A stretch of 64,000 bases of DNA from Nitrosarchaeum sp. (GCA_965223865.1 OZ245020.1:1280001-1344000); one strand, 5' to 3'. Positions 8,759 to 19,579 are shown, counted from the stretch's first letter. The notes: a model not told the origin generated them from the sequence alone. Program-made: numbers and translations.

Positions 8759-10174
8759 TCATGGCATAAGCGGCATCTGAATGTACACCAGCATTGCAGC
8801 AAGGGCCATTGTCGGAACCGATATGACGGCGCCTGGCTTTATCCACTCCTTTAGTGTAATATGTCCTCTCTTTCTTCTCTCAAGCATCCCAATTGCCACA
8901 ATGTTGGCGGTACTTCCAATCAGCGTGAGGTTTCCAAAGAACGTGCCGCTAAACAGCATTCCCCACCAGAACGGGTAGTTGTCCACTCCCATGTCGCCAA
9001 ACTCATGGACTACAGGAATGAAGGTTGCAACCGCTAACACATTGTCCATCAACGCACTTAGTATGCTGGTAATTGGAACAAACAAAAAGTAGAGATTTGT
9101 CTCATCATTTCCGCTAAGATCGTACATTCCTTCTGCCAGTACCGTTGTGACACCAAGCATCTTCATTGTGCCTACTGACGCAAACAAGAAGATGAAAAAA
9201 GCTAGAGTCCACCAGTCTACACGTCTTTCTACCATCTCCCTTGCCTTGTTATGATTGAGAAACAGTACAATTCCAGCTGCTGCAAATGCAACACCTGGAA
9301 GTAGAACGTTCTTTTCAAGACCAAGGGCTTCCTCCAAGGGACTATGGGCCACAAGGGCAGCAATCGTCCCTATGAATATTATCCAGGGAATTTTGAAATT
9401 CTGTTTGGCAGTTGTTTTTTGGTTGCCAGAATCTCCAACCACAATCTCCTCATTGTCTGCTAGGATTTGTTCACTGGAATTTGTCTTGAGTGCTACTCCC
9501 ATCTGAGCAATGTATTTTCTAAAGTATAACAATGACAATGGAACTGCAACTGCAAGCCCTGCAATGGAAATTGGTGTTGCCCATCTTAGAAACTCCATGA
9601 ATGTAAGCTCTGCCCTCATTGCAATCAAGACACCTACTGGATTTCCAACAACTGTTGCACTACTTCCAATGTTTGTTGCAAATACAGTCATCATCACCAA
9701 TGGTATTGCACTGATTCTTAGCTTTCCTGTAAGATGCAATACAGTTGCTGTCATAAACAGAATAGAGGTAACTTCATCTACCAATGCTGCAAACAGCGCA
9801 GACATTAGCATCAAAACTACCACAAGTTTTACTGGATTGTTTCCAACCCCTCTCATTATCTTTCCAAGAAGATGCTCAAAGAATTTCTTTTCTTCAAGGA
9901 ATCCTACCACAATCATCATTCCTACCAGAAACAATATCATGTCAAATCCTGCAAATTCTATCATGGTATCTGTGTCAAGCAATCCTAATCCCAACATCGC
10001 AGCTATTCCTACAAGCGCAAAGGCAAGCCTGAATCTCCAGAAAAGCAACGTACCTACAATGAGTGATGCAAATATTGTCACAGCTGCAATCTGTTCTGGG
10101 TTCAATCCTGCAAAACTTACAGTAACTGAGATACAGCCAAGGATAACTGGATACAAAATGTACTTTGGAATCAA
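8759..10174 (-). CDS. ArsB/NhaD/SLC13 family ion permease
   Basis: ALVDEVT, ATNIGSSATVVGNP, SALMDNV and GNLTLIGSTANIV motifs. Confidence 0.9.
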   Translation of the reverse strand: MIPKYILYPVILGCISVTVSFAGLNPEQIAAVTIFASLIVGTLLFWRFRLAFALVGIAAMLGLGLLDTDTMIEFAGFDMILFLVGMMIVVGFLEEKKFFEHLLGKIMRGVGNNPVKLVVVLMLMSALFAALVDEVTSILFMTATVLHLTGKLRISAIPLVMMTVFATNIGSSATVVGNPVGVLIAMRAELTFMEFLRWATPISIAGLAVAVPLSLLYFRKYIAQMGVALKTNSSEQILADNEEIVVGDSGNQKTTAKQNFKIPWIIFIGTIAALVAHSPLEEALGLEKNVLLPGVAFAAAGIVLFLNHNKAREMVERRVDWWTLAFFIFLFASVGTMKMLGVTTVLAEGMYDLSGNDETNLYFLFVPITSILSALMDNVLAVATFIPVVHEFGDMGVDNYPFWWGMLFSGTFFGNLTLIGSTANIVAIGMLERRKRGHITLKEWIKPGAVISVPTMALAAMLVYIQMPLMP

Positions 10175-10177
10175 GTG

Positions 10178-10399
10178 TTAGTTTACCTCCGGTTTTGACA
10201 TTACCTGTATGTGGGAGTTTTTCTTGTTAATCCAAACCTGAAATCCCGAATCAAGGAGAAGTGAGAAAACCTCAACCCAAGGGAATTTTTCATTGTCAAT
10301 TACCGTTATTTCATATCCCCCATAATCTTCAACTATTTTGGCAGTAGAACCAATAGTTTTTTTGAGGATTAGAAACAATTTGTTATTTTGCTCCATCAA
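10178..10399 (-). CDS. small hypothetical protein in the USP/permease operon
   Basis: Tightly packed between the USP and the permease, with coding-like composition. Confidence 0.7.
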   Translation of the reverse strand: MMEQNNKLFLILKKTIGSTAKIVEDYGGYEITVIDNEKFPWVEVFSLLLDSGFQVWINKKNSHIQVMSKPEVN

Positions 10400-10865
10400 T
10401 TAGGAGTACAGGAATTGAGGTTCTCTCAAGTACTTTTCTTGATACGCTGCCAAGTTGCAGTATTGCCTTTAATCCTGGGAGTTTGCGTCGTTTTGCCATT
10501 ATGACAATATCATAACCTTGTTGATTGGCAATACGTGTTATTTCCTCATCAGGATATCCGTGCACTACCTTAATGATCGTAGCAATACCTTGTTTTCGAA
10601 GTTTTTCTGCCTTGGAATCAAGACTCTTATGCATCTCCTTTTTCAGCTCATTTCTTGCCTGTTTGAGTTCCTTTGCAAGCTCTTTTCTCTCAAAATTGAA
10701 TGTTAGAGAGGGAGGTATTGGGATATTTTCCACTATGTGCAAGAGAGTGATCTTGGCATCGTGTTTTTTTGCTATTCCCTTTGCATGTTCTAGTGCCTTG
10801 TCACCTGCATTTGTTCCTGCATGTGGTACCAAAATACTGTCATACATGTTAGACATTGCCTCCAA
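10383..10865 (-). CDS. universal stress protein (UspA family)
   Basis: YDSILVP, ITLLHIV, G.PDEEI and LGSVSRKVL...PVLLI motifs. Confidence 0.92.
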   Translation of the reverse strand: MEAMSNMYDSILVPHAGTNAGDKALEHAKGIAKKHDAKITLLHIVENIPIPPSLTFNFERKELAKELKQARNELKKEMHKSLDSKAEKLRKQGIATIIKVVHGYPDEEITRIANQQGYDIVIMAKRRKLPGLKAILQLGSVSRKVLERTSIPVLLIDGAK

Positions 10866-11247
10866 GATGACCTAAATCAAAAGCTGCATTAATTTTTGAA
10901 ACAATCTTTTCAATTTCTGCTCCATGTGAAGTTGAGACCAGTATTACGTTCTCAGTAAATGGCACTGTTATCATAAGGCCTTTCCCTCTCCTTGATACGA
11001 TATAGTCAATAGGCCCCAAAGAAGAATCAAATTCTTTTCTCATTGTGATTTCAAGAACCATTTGCATGTAGAGCATACGTCGTTTTTCTTCATCTTCAAA
11101 AGGTGTGACATCAGATCTAAATCCTCCTGCAAACAAATTTCCCAATTTGTTGATGACTCCCGCAAATCTAATTTCAGGTTCTCCTAGCAGCTTGGCACAA
11201 ATGTTTTCTAATTTAATGTGTTCATCTAGATGTAGTACAGACATCAT
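10849..11247 (-). CDS. thaumarchaeal roadblock-like protein (DUF6659-like)
   Basis: EIRFAGVIN.LGNLFAGG...MRKEFDSSLGP motif. Confidence 0.8.
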   Translation of the reverse strand: MMSVLHLDEHIKLENICAKLLGEPEIRFAGVINKLGNLFAGGFRSDVTPFEDEEKRRMLYMQMVLEITMRKEFDSSLGPIDYIVSRRGKGLMITVPFTENVILVSTSHGAEIEKIVSKINAAFDLGHLGGNV

Positions 11248-11381
11248 CTATTTCCTCCTCTGATTTTTTCATCTTCATTGTTTGGATGAGTTGCATTTTG
11301 AAAATCAAAAGTTGAAAAATAACAGGTTGATTTGGAATTATCTTTAGCTGGATGTATTGATTGTTGTGATTTGCCAATCAT
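11244..11381 (-). CDS. possible 45-aa leader ORF of the operon
   Basis: MIGKSQQSIHPAKDNSKSTCYFSTFDFQNATHPNNEDEKIRGGNR. Its stop overlaps the next ATG (ATGA), and it contains GGAGG. Confidence 0.35.
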   Translation of the reverse strand: MIGKSQQSIHPAKDNSKSTCYFSTFDFQNATHPNNEDEKIRGGNR

Positions 11382-11396
11382 GGTTTTTAGAACAAG

Positions 11397-11442
11397 TGAC
11401 AAGTCAAAAAATAAAATAAGGAAATGTTTTGTTGACTTGTCA
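11397..11442. promoter_or_regulatory. paired TGAC-NN-GTCA palindromes (putative operator)
   Basis: TGACAAGTCAA at 11397-11407 and its reverse complement TTGACTTGTCA at 11432-11442, upstream of the roadblock/USP/permease operon. Confidence 0.45.
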
Positions 11443-11601
11443 TCTATGTTCTTTTTTCCACCTCCGTTTTTGTTTTCATGATGTTAATATGGTCAAAGTT
11501 CTAGTTATAGTGGTAGCAACACAATGTAACACAATGCAAAATTCATAGTGCCAAAATTCTCAAACTCAAAAAAACCTAAAATATGAAATGGATTTTGATT
11601 T

Positions 11602-12138
11602 TCAATCAGTTGGAAAAACTAGAGTTATTGAATTTTTAGTAGTCTTGACTTGTAGCCTCTTTTGCAAGATGTCGTGAAAGAGCTCTGTTACCAACGTTTT
11701 GACATAAAGAGACCATTTTGCCCCCAGGTCATGTTGAATCTTAAACGTCCAGTTTTTGTTTCCCTTGATCATGTCATGCTGCATCCACGCAACATATAAC
11801 CAGCTTCTTAATATCTCGATAAAATCCTCGACTGTGTATTCCCCTTTCATGAAATTCAAAATGTCTGCAAACGTGTCTTTTTCGACTTCTTCTGCAAGGT
11901 GGACTATCTCTGAGTCTTCCATCTGGTTGATTGAATGTTGTACAAACGGCTTTGTCATTGGTAAAAGACCCATTTTTCGCTCATATCTCTCCCAAAGTAT
12001 GTGATTTGACAGAACTTTTGACACAAGTGAATTGACGTTAATTCTCTCCATTTCAGACTCGTTTTTCAAATCTTCGATCAAATCTGCATCGAGCCTGAAC
12101 GTGATTGTTTGGCTTTTCTTCTTCTTTTGTTCTGACAA
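11602..12138 (-). CDS. ribbon-helix-helix transcriptional regulator with C-terminal ligand/V4R-like domain
   Basis: N-terminal SQTITFRLDADLIEDLK...NVNSLVSKVL RHH pattern. Confidence 0.75.
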   Translation of the reverse strand: MSEQKKKKSQTITFRLDADLIEDLKNESEMERINVNSLVSKVLSNHILWERYERKMGLLPMTKPFVQHSINQMEDSEIVHLAEEVEKDTFADILNFMKGEYTVEDFIEILRSWLYVAWMQHDMIKGNKNWTFKIQHDLGAKWSLYVKTLVTELFHDILQKRLQVKTTKNSITLVFPTD

Positions 12139-12232
12139 CTAATACCCTACAGAAATGAGAGTTCCTTTAGGCTATAAGCAATTTGAAAATTAGGTAAGGT
12201 TATGAAAAATGATCAAAAAACAGGAACAAAAA

Positions 12233-12549
12233 TCAAACACCTAGATTTTCGTCTTTGATAAGATTGAGATAGACCTTGTCTCCTACAGAAAGATTCATCT
12301 CCTTGTATTCGTGCATGTCAAGCTTTAATGATGTAACTCCAAACATCATTCCAGACCTACTGAAAGTATCTTGTTTAGATCTTTCATAATATCCCCCATT
12401 TTGGAAGGGTCCGTCATTTTTGAAGGATCAAATTGGGATCGCGGTTTGTTTCCTTCTTGGAAATCTTTGGTAGATGTCAATGAAACTATCACATAAGGCG
12501 AACCATCTGGTGATACATCAATTCTTTTTATTACAAACTCCTTGCGCAT
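12233..12549 (-). pseudogene. conserved thaumarchaeal protein interrupted by a frameshift near 12355
   Basis: MRKEFVIKRIDVSPDGSPYVIVSL... stops at 12346. An alternative frame continues GMMFGVTSLKLDMHEYKEMNLSVGDKVYLNLIKDENLGV* to 12233. Confidence 0.65.
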
Positions 12550-12586
12550 GTGATGAGCTTGGAAGTGTGTCTTTATAATTAATTCT

Positions 12587-12812
12587 TCATCTATAACGAG
12601 CAGCAAATGTGTTTGACTCTTTACTCTGAAGGTCTTTTTTGTATTGGTCTGCAATCAGATTTCCATATACAACTAAATCTCTGGCAATAGTGTCAATACG
12701 GGAGAGAATGTTTTCGTTGGTAATGTTTCCTTGTTTGTCAAAGTCTTGATCAGAATTTACCGAAATACCATATGGCATACTCCATCCATAGCATTGTCTT
12801 ACAGCAGTTCTA
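12587..12812 (-). pseudogene. 3' fragment of an NADPH-dependent FMN reductase-like gene
   Basis: RTAVRQCYGWSMPYGISV...DFDKQGNITNENILSRIDTIARDLVVYG resembles an FMN reductase C-terminus. The N-terminal FMN-binding loop is missing. Confidence 0.55.
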
Positions 12813-13092
12813 TCTGGAATCCTTACCAAGCAAAGACAAACAATGGTTGTATAGTCTTGCAAGTATGTATATCAATCCTGGAAAGATACCTGAGCTTTTT
12901 GAGGTAACTATAGAGGTGATTTCAGGAGATGGAACAACTATTCAAACATGGGAGTATGGCAAATGTGAGATTTCAAATTATGAGATTTATCTAGATGACA
13001 GTCTACTTAATTACAAATACCATGATAGATGGCAATCAGAAATCAGAGACAGAACTTTTTTTGATTGTGGCGGTTTAGAATTCACAACATAA
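12802..13092 (+). pseudogene. 3' fragment of a large thaumarchaeal (probably secreted) protein
   Basis: QFYLESLPSKDK...TIQTWEYGKCEI...EIRDRTFFDCGGLEF is coding-like but has no credible start. It abuts the opposite-strand fragment. Confidence 0.55.
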
Positions 13093-13210
13093 TTTCATAA
13101 TTGATCTCATCTGAAACATAGTTTCTATAGTTTGACTTGTTCTTTTGTCATTTAAAATTAAATTTTGGATAGTGACAGACTAATTTACAAGTATTAAAAA
13201 AAATAGGAGA

Positions 13211-13408
13211 TTACTGTAACGGGTAATGAACATCACAAAACAAGACTATTCCATTTGGAAGTGTCTTTGCAGTTATAGAGTGTCCATCTTTGAGGCCTTT
13301 TCCACAGACATAACATTCTACAGAAGAAACTGATGATGAAATAAGATTTGACTTTGAGTGATACTGTATATCTTGCAACAGTGATGATCTTTGTCTAACT
13401 CCCTGCAT
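13211..13408 (-). CDS. small zinc-finger-like protein
   Basis: CYVCG...FCDVH motif. Confidence 0.6.
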   Translation of the reverse strand: MQGVRQRSSLLQDIQYHSKSNLISSSVSSVECYVCGKGLKDGHSITAKTLPNGIVLFCDVHYPLQ

Positions 13409-13562
13409 GAGTCAATGACACTACGGCTTGGTACCTAATAAAGGTACCGTACTGGTACAGTATTTTACCATTTCTTTTAATTTCATAAATTTTGAGCCTA
13501 AAATCATTCAAAAGACATTTCCCATCACTTTAAATAATAAACCCAGAAAATTTTGTTTATGG

Positions 13563-14912
13563 GTGGACACCTTTGGAAACTCTCAACCAAAAGTAATACC
13601 TCTAGATTTATCTGAAAACCAATTTCAAATTTACAACAAAATTTCTAGGAATTATTCACATTCATTTCTCTTTGAATCCCTTACCGGTCCTGAGGTACTA
13701 GCTGAAACATCAGTTATGGGATTTGATCCCAAGATAACTCTCAAAGGTTACTCTGACAAAGTAGAGATTACCAAAGATGGAATAACTGAAACGATTACTA
13801 CAACAGACCCATTTGAAGAACTAAAAAAATTATTGGGAAAATCTGAAGATCAAAGATATAGATACTTGGGAGGTGCAGTGGGGGTTGTAAATTATGATGC
13901 AATAAGACTTGTTGAGAAAATCCCTAACACTCACAATTCCCCGCAACCGTTAATGGAGTTTGGTATTTATGATGATGGAATACTATATGATAACTTACAC
14001 AAAAAATTATTTTATTTTTATCATGATGAGAATAGATTTGACAAACTACAGATAGACAAAGATGAATTTGGGGATTTTGATTCAAGTAAAGTAATACCAA
14101 ATATGAACGAGCAAAAGTTTTCTGAAATTATAAACAAGGCAAAAAAATACATTCATGATGGAGATATCTTTCAAGTTGTTTTATCTAGGAAATTTACATT
14201 TGATGCTAGAGGAGACAATCTAACATTATACAAAACATTGCGCAAGCTAAATCCATCACCATACATGTATCATCTAAAACAAGACTCAAAGACAATAATA
14301 GGCGCATCTCCTGAAATGCTAGTTAGAATTACAAATGATAAAGTAGAAACTTTTCCAATTGCAGGAACACGAAAAATTACCGATGATGAGCAAAAAAACA
14401 AACAACTCGCTGATGAATTACTACATGATGAAAAGGAATTAGCAGAACATACAATGCTAGTAGATTTAGGACGAAACGATATTGGCAGGGTGTGCAAATT
14501 TGGTACAGTTCATCCTGAATCTCTAATGCAGATAAAGCGGTTCAGCCACGTTCAGCATATAGTAACTCATGTGGTGGGTAATCTGGCACCTGAAAATGAC
14601 ATGTTTGGTGCCTTTAAGGCAGTATTTCCTGCAGGAACAGTCTCTGGTGCACCAAAGGTTAGGGCAATGGAAATTATTGATGAATTAGAAACTGAAGCTA
14701 GAGGCCCATATGCTGGTGCAGTAGGGTATTTTTCATATAATGGATGCTGTGATTTTGCCATTGCAATCAGAAGTATTTTCATTGATGGCAACAAGGGATT
14801 TGTTCAATCTGGAGCTGGTATTGTTTTTGATTCTGTTGCAGAAAATGAATTCAAAGAGACAGAACACAAGGCAGGCGCAATGCTTCAAGCATTAAAGGAG
14901 GCATCAACATGA
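13563..14912 (+). CDS. trpE: anthranilate synthase component I
   Basis: [37 protein letters not shown] and [11 protein letters not shown] motifs. GTG start inferred at 13563. Confidence 0.97.
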   Translation: MDTFGNSQPKVIPLDLSENQFQIYNKISRNYSHSFLFESLTGPEVLAETSVMGFDPKITLKGYSDKVEITKDGITETITTTDPFEELKKLLGKSEDQRYRYLGGAVGVVNYDAIRLVEKIPNTHNSPQPLMEFGIYDDGILYDNLHKKLFYFYHDENRFDKLQIDKDEFGDFDSSKVIPNMNEQKFSEIINKAKKYIHDGDIFQVVLSRKFTFDARGDNLTLYKTLRKLNPSPYMYHLKQDSKTIIGASPEMLVRITNDKVETFPIAGTRKITDDEQKNKQLADELLHDEKELAEHTMLVDLGRNDIGRVCKFGTVHPESLMQIKRFSHVQHIVTHVVGNLAPENDMFGAFKAVFPAGTVSGAPKVRAMEIIDELETEARGPYAGAVGYFSYNGCCDFAIAIRSIFIDGNKGFVQSGAGIVFDSVAENEFKETEHKAGAMLQALKEAST

Positions 14913-15502
14913 AATTCCTAATTATTGACAATTATGATTCTTTTGTATACAATATTGCACAGTATCTAGGAGAGCTTGGAGTAGACTGTGATGTAAAAAG
15001 AAATGACAAGATTACATTACAACAAATAAAACAAAAAAATTATGATGCAATAATAATTTCTCCAGGTCCTGGTACTCCAGAGGACAAAAAATACTTTGGA
15101 GTTTGCTCTGATGTTATTCGTGACTTGGGTCCAGCAATACCTATTCTTGGGGTTTGTCTGGGACATCAGGGAATCATTGATGTGTTTGGTGGTAAGGTTA
15201 CAAATGCAGGTTGTGTAAGACATGGGAAGACAAGTCCTGTTGATCATACTAATTCAGAATTATTCAAAGATGTAAAAAATCCATTTAAAGCAACAAGATA
15301 TCATAGTTTGGTTGGAGACAAGACAATAATTCCTGAGGTTTTAGAAATAACAGCTACTGCAGCTGATGATGGTGAGGTCATGGCAATAAAACACAAAGAA
15401 TATCTTATTGAGGGAGTACAATTTCATCCAGAATCAATAATGACTGAAGATGGGAAAAAAATTCTTGCAAATTTCATAAGACAGGTCAAGGAGAGAAAAT
15501 GA
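14909..15502 (+). CDS. trpG: anthranilate synthase component II (glutamine amidotransferase)
   Basis: IDNYDSF, SPGPG, GVCLGHQ, RYHSL and QFHPES motifs. Confidence 0.97.
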   Translation: MKFLIIDNYDSFVYNIAQYLGELGVDCDVKRNDKITLQQIKQKNYDAIIISPGPGTPEDKKYFGVCSDVIRDLGPAIPILGVCLGHQGIIDVFGGKVTNAGCVRHGKTSPVDHTNSELFKDVKNPFKATRYHSLVGDKTIIPEVLEITATAADDGEVMAIKHKEYLIEGVQFHPESIMTEDGKKILANFIRQVKERK

Positions 15503-16539
15503 TCTCAGATTTTATCTCAAAATTAGAACAAAAAACAGATCTGACTTATGATGAGATGAATTCTATTATGACTGAGATTCTATCAGGTAAAACGAATGAT
15601 CAGGAAAATACCAATTTTTTATCTAGTCTGGCTGAAAAAGGTGAATCTGATGATGAGCTTTTAGGCATGTTAGACAAAATGCAGGAATTTGCACTCAAAG
15701 TCGAGCCTAAAAACCAGGGAACCATAATAGACATGTGCGGAACCGGAGGCGATAATCTCCAGACATTTAATGTGTCCACTACTGCATCCTTTGTAGTAGC
15801 AGCTGCTGGCGGAATTGTGGCAAAACATGGTAATCGCTCAAGCTCAGGTATCTCAGGAAGTGCAGATATTTTTGAGTATTTTGGATACGATTTGAACCAA
15901 GAACCTTCAAAAATTGCAGACATTCTAGAAAAACACAACATCTGCTTTATGTTTGCACAAAAGTTTCATCCTGCAATGAGACATGTATCTGCAGCAAGAA
16001 AACAGCTTGGCAAAAGAACTGCTTTTAATCTTTTAGGACCACTCTCAAATCCAGTTGGAGTAAAAAATCAATTAGTAGGAGTTTTTTCTATTGAATATCT
16101 AGATAGACTGCCCTTAATTCTAAAAAGAAAAGGAGCAGAAAATATCATGACAGTTCGTTCCGATGATGGAATGGATGAATTTTCTACCACTTCAACTAAT
16201 CGCGTATGCATTTTAAGAAATGACAAAGTGTTGATGAATGCAATTGATCCTGAAGTGATAGGATTACATAAATCAAAACTAGAAGATATTCAAATTCAAA
16301 CAAAAGAAGATGCAATAAAGTCATTTGTAGGAGTTTTAAACAACACTGCAAATCAGGCAATGATTGAAACTACTGCACTTAATGCTGCAGGAGGATTGAT
16401 TGTCGCAAACATTTCAAAAAATTTTGAAGAAGCAGTCGAGATTTCATTAAATACAATTAAAGATGGCAAGGCATTCAAATTACTAGAGAAATTTGTTGCA
16501 GCTACTGGAGACATTAAAAAACTAAAGGAATTAGTATGA
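15499..16539 (+). CDS. trpD: anthranilate phosphoribosyltransferase
   Basis: DMCGTGGD, FNVST, KHGNRS and GSAD motifs. Confidence 0.97.
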   Translation: MISDFISKLEQKTDLTYDEMNSIMTEILSGKTNDQENTNFLSSLAEKGESDDELLGMLDKMQEFALKVEPKNQGTIIDMCGTGGDNLQTFNVSTTASFVVAAAGGIVAKHGNRSSSGISGSADIFEYFGYDLNQEPSKIADILEKHNICFMFAQKFHPAMRHVSAARKQLGKRTAFNLLGPLSNPVGVKNQLVGVFSIEYLDRLPLILKRKGAENIMTVRSDDGMDEFSTTSTNRVCILRNDKVLMNAIDPEVIGLHKSKLEDIQIQTKEDAIKSFVGVLNNTANQAMIETTALNAAGGLIVANISKNFEEAVEISLNTIKDGKAFKLLEKFVAATGDIKKLKELV

Positions 16540-17315
16540 TGGCTCAAAACATTCTAAGAAAACTTGTAAACAATTCACAAGCTGCAATTGATGATGGTGT
16601 TTATGATATTGATGTTGATTTGCAACAATCAAACAAGGACTTTATACAAATAATCAAGACATATCGTCATGCTACACTTTTAACTGAAATAAAGTTTGCA
16701 TCTCCATCTCTTGGTAAAATTAGAACAGTAACAAATCCTGTAAGTATTGCAAACCAGATGATTGCAGGAGGTTCTAAGGCACTCTCTGTTCTGACTCAAC
16801 CACATCTGTTTAATGGCTCACCGGAATATTTCATGCAAGTAAGACAAGCAGTAGATGTTCCTTTACTAATGAAAGATATTATGATTGATAAAATTCAAAT
16901 CGATGCTGCAAAAAAAATTGGCGCTGACTTTATGCTTGTGATACAATCCTTATTTGATCAAGGACATCTCAAAGATATTGATGAGTTTATTGATTATGGT
17001 CACAAACAGGGACTAGAAGTTCTACTTGAAGTGCACACAAAAAAAGAATTTGAGAATGCACTCAAAACCGATGCTGACTTGATTGGAATTAATAATAGAA
17101 ACTTAGACACTTTAGAAATCGATCTAAAAACCACCGAAATAATTCTTGAAGGATATGAAAAGACAAGACCAATTCTATCTGAGAGCGGAATTGAGACGCA
17201 AGAAGACATTCAATATCTGAGAAAATATGGCGCAGATGCTTTCTTAATAGGGTCAAGTATTATGAAAAGTGATAATATCGAAGAACAGGTAAGACAATTG
17301 GTGAATGCATATTGA
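16536..17315 (+). CDS. trpC: indole-3-glycerol phosphate synthase
   Basis: [22 protein letters not shown] and SESGI motifs. Confidence 0.96.
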   Translation: MMAQNILRKLVNNSQAAIDDGVYDIDVDLQQSNKDFIQIIKTYRHATLLTEIKFASPSLGKIRTVTNPVSIANQMIAGGSKALSVLTQPHLFNGSPEYFMQVRQAVDVPLLMKDIMIDKIQIDAAKKIGADFMLVIQSLFDQGHLKDIDEFIDYGHKQGLEVLLEVHTKKEFENALKTDADLIGINNRNLDTLEIDLKTTEIILEGYEKTRPILSESGIETQEDIQYLRKYGADAFLIGSSIMKSDNIEEQVRQLVNAY

Positions 17316-18502
17316 AGTATCCTAAAGAAGGAAGGTTTGGAGAATTTGGTGGAAAATACATTCCTGAAACTTTGGTTCCAGCAATAGAAGAATTAGAAGA
17401 AAATTATCTCAAATTCAAAAATGATAAAAATTTCAAAAAGGAACTAGATTATTATCTAAAACAATATGCTGGAAGACCAACTCCACTTTACTATGCAAAG
17501 AATCTTACTGAAAAAATTGGTGGTGCAAAAATTTACTTAAAACGTGAGGACTTGCTTCATGGAGGAGCTCACAAGATAAACAATACACTAGGTCAGGCAC
17601 TTCTTGCAAAGAGGATGAAGAAAAAGAGAATCATAGCTGAAACTGGTGCAGGTCAGCATGGAGTTGCAACAGCTATGGCATGTGCAGCCTTGGGAATGAA
17701 AGCCGAAGTGTACATGGGATACAAAGACACAATCCGACAAAAGCTAAACGTGTTTAGAATGAATATGTTGGGATCAAAGGTACATCCTGTAAAATCAGGC
17801 TCTAAAACTCTCAAAGATGCAATCAATGAGGCAATTAGAGATTGGATTACAAATGTAGAGAATACATACTATTTGTTAGGCTCTGCAGTGGGACCGCATC
17901 CATATCCTGTAATGGTAAGAGATTTTCAAAGTGTGATAGGTGAAGAGATAAAATCTCAGATGAAAAAAATCAATAACAATACACCTGACAGTGTTATTGC
18001 CTGTGTTGGTGGTGGATCTAATGCAATTGGAACCTTTTACCCACTTGTTGACACTAATGCCAAAATTATTGGAGTCGAGGCTGCAGGTCATGGATTGAAG
18101 ACAAAATTACATTCAGCGACACTTTCAGCAGGAAGCAAGGGAGTATTACATGGAATGATGACCTATTTACTACAAGATGAAGAAGGACAAATAACTGAAA
18201 CTCACAGCATTTCAGCAGGACTGGATTATCCTGGAGTTGGTCCTGAACACTCTTTTCTTAAAGATTCAAAGCGTGTAAAATATCATTCTGCAACTGATGT
18301 TGAAGTTATTGATGCCTTTTTGCTCCTTACAAGAACAGAAGGAATTATTCCTGCATTAGAATCAGCTCACGCAATTGCCGAAGCTGTCAAGGTTGCAAGA
18401 AAGGGGAAAAAATCTGAATCAATAGTGGTCACACTCTCAGGAAGAGGAGACAAGGACGTCGAAGAAGTACAAAATTATCTGAACAAAAATGTCAAGGATT
18501 AG
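17312..18502 (+). CDS. trpB: tryptophan synthase beta subunit
   Basis: [25 protein letters not shown] and [13 protein letters not shown] motifs. Confidence 0.98.
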   Translation: MKYPKEGRFGEFGGKYIPETLVPAIEELEENYLKFKNDKNFKKELDYYLKQYAGRPTPLYYAKNLTEKIGGAKIYLKREDLLHGGAHKINNTLGQALLAKRMKKKRIIAETGAGQHGVATAMACAALGMKAEVYMGYKDTIRQKLNVFRMNMLGSKVHPVKSGSKTLKDAINEAIRDWITNVENTYYLLGSAVGPHPYPVMVRDFQSVIGEEIKSQMKKINNNTPDSVIACVGGGSNAIGTFYPLVDTNAKIIGVEAAGHGLKTKLHSATLSAGSKGVLHGMMTYLLQDEEGQITETHSISAGLDYPGVGPEHSFLKDSKRVKYHSATDVEVIDAFLLLTRTEGIIPALESAHAIAEAVKVARKGKKSESIVVTLSGRGDKDVEEVQNYLNKNVKD

Positions 18503-19292
18503 AGAAAAATTTTCAGAACTTGATGCCAAAAATCAAAAGGCATTGATTGCATATATTATGACTGGATTTCCAAATGAAAAGGCAACAATTTCTACAGTAA
18601 ATGGGTTGATCAAAGGTGGAGTTGACATAATAGAACTTGGCTTTCCATTCTCAGATCCATTAGCTGATGGTCCTGTTATTCAAAATGCAAGTACTGTTTC
18701 ATTAGAAAAGGGTACCAAAATAAAAAAATTCTTTTCTATTGTAAAAAAAATTAGAAAACAAACAGACATTCCTCTTGTATTAATGACATACACCAACATT
18801 CTCTACCAAAAAGGATATCCAAAATTTATTGCCGAGGCAAAAAAAGCTGGAATTGACGGTTTTATTCTCCCAGACATGTCAATTGAAGAATCAGAAAAAT
18901 ATCTAGAGGCTGCAAAAGACAATGCAGATACAATTTTTTTGGTGTCTCCAAATACAAGCAAGAGCAGAATCTCTAAGATTGTAAAGACTTCTTCAGGATT
19001 TTTGTATCTTGTAGCAGTTTATGGAACAACAGGAATTAAAACAGGAGTTAAAAATTATACAATAGAGGCAATCAAGCAAGTCAAGAAACAAGCCAAAGGA
19101 AAAATTCCAGTAGGAGTTGGATTTGGCGTCTCCTCCCCAGAAGATGTAAAAAAATACATCAAGGCTGGTGCAGATGCAGTAATTGTTGGTAGCGCATTTT
19201 TGAAATTAATTGAAAAAACATCTCAAGCAAAACTAGAATCAACTATTGCATCATTTACAAAGAGCCTCAAGGTCCAAACTGTACTTCATTAA
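18489..19292 (+). CDS. trpA: tryptophan synthase alpha subunit
   Basis: [22 protein letters not shown] and ADAVIVGSA motifs. Confidence 0.98.
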   Translation: MSRIREKFSELDAKNQKALIAYIMTGFPNEKATISTVNGLIKGGVDIIELGFPFSDPLADGPVIQNASTVSLEKGTKIKKFFSIVKKIRKQTDIPLVLMTYTNILYQKGYPKFIAEAKKAGIDGFILPDMSIEESEKYLEAAKDNADTIFLVSPNTSKSRISKIVKTSSGFLYLVAVYGTTGIKTGVKNYTIEAIKQVKKQAKGKIPVGVGFGVSSPEDVKKYIKAGADAVIVGSAFLKLIEKTSQAKLESTIASFTKSLKVQTVLH

Positions 19293-19381
19293 ATCTAATC
19301 ATAATATTTCTAATAATACCTGCTAGTTTTAAAATAGGATTTCTGTTTTTTACATGCTATAGAATTTAAAAAATTGAAGAT

Positions 19382-19579
19382 TTAATCCATAGTTCTTAAC
19401 TGTGTTTCTGTATCTCGAATAAAATCTTCATATTTCATAATCTGGGTTGTAAGGCGAAAGGCAGTCATTTGGTCTTCATTTTTTTTAGAACCTAAGAAAG
19501 GTTTTCTCTGAATCATTAACTTTTGTTGTTCTTCTGTTGCTTTGAGAATATCATTTCTAAGATCTTCTCTTGTTGCCAT
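19382..19579 (-). CDS. small helical conserved hypothetical protein
   Basis: MATREDLRNDILKATEEQQKLM..., coiled-coil-like, with ATG at 19579. Confidence 0.7.
   Translation of the reverse strand: MATREDLRNDILKATEEQQKLMIQRKPFLGSKKNEDQMTAFRLTTQIMKYEDFIRDTETQLRTMD

Noticed and set aside
9510-10181. 223-aa plus-strand ORF
   Set aside because: It is the antisense shadow of the NhaD/ArsB permease and has no motifs of its own.
13428-13562. N-terminal extension of TrpE or a trp attenuator leader
   Set aside because: The region is AT-rich promoter sequence (TTTAAATA at about 13528). There is no Trp-rich leader or terminator/antiterminator pair.
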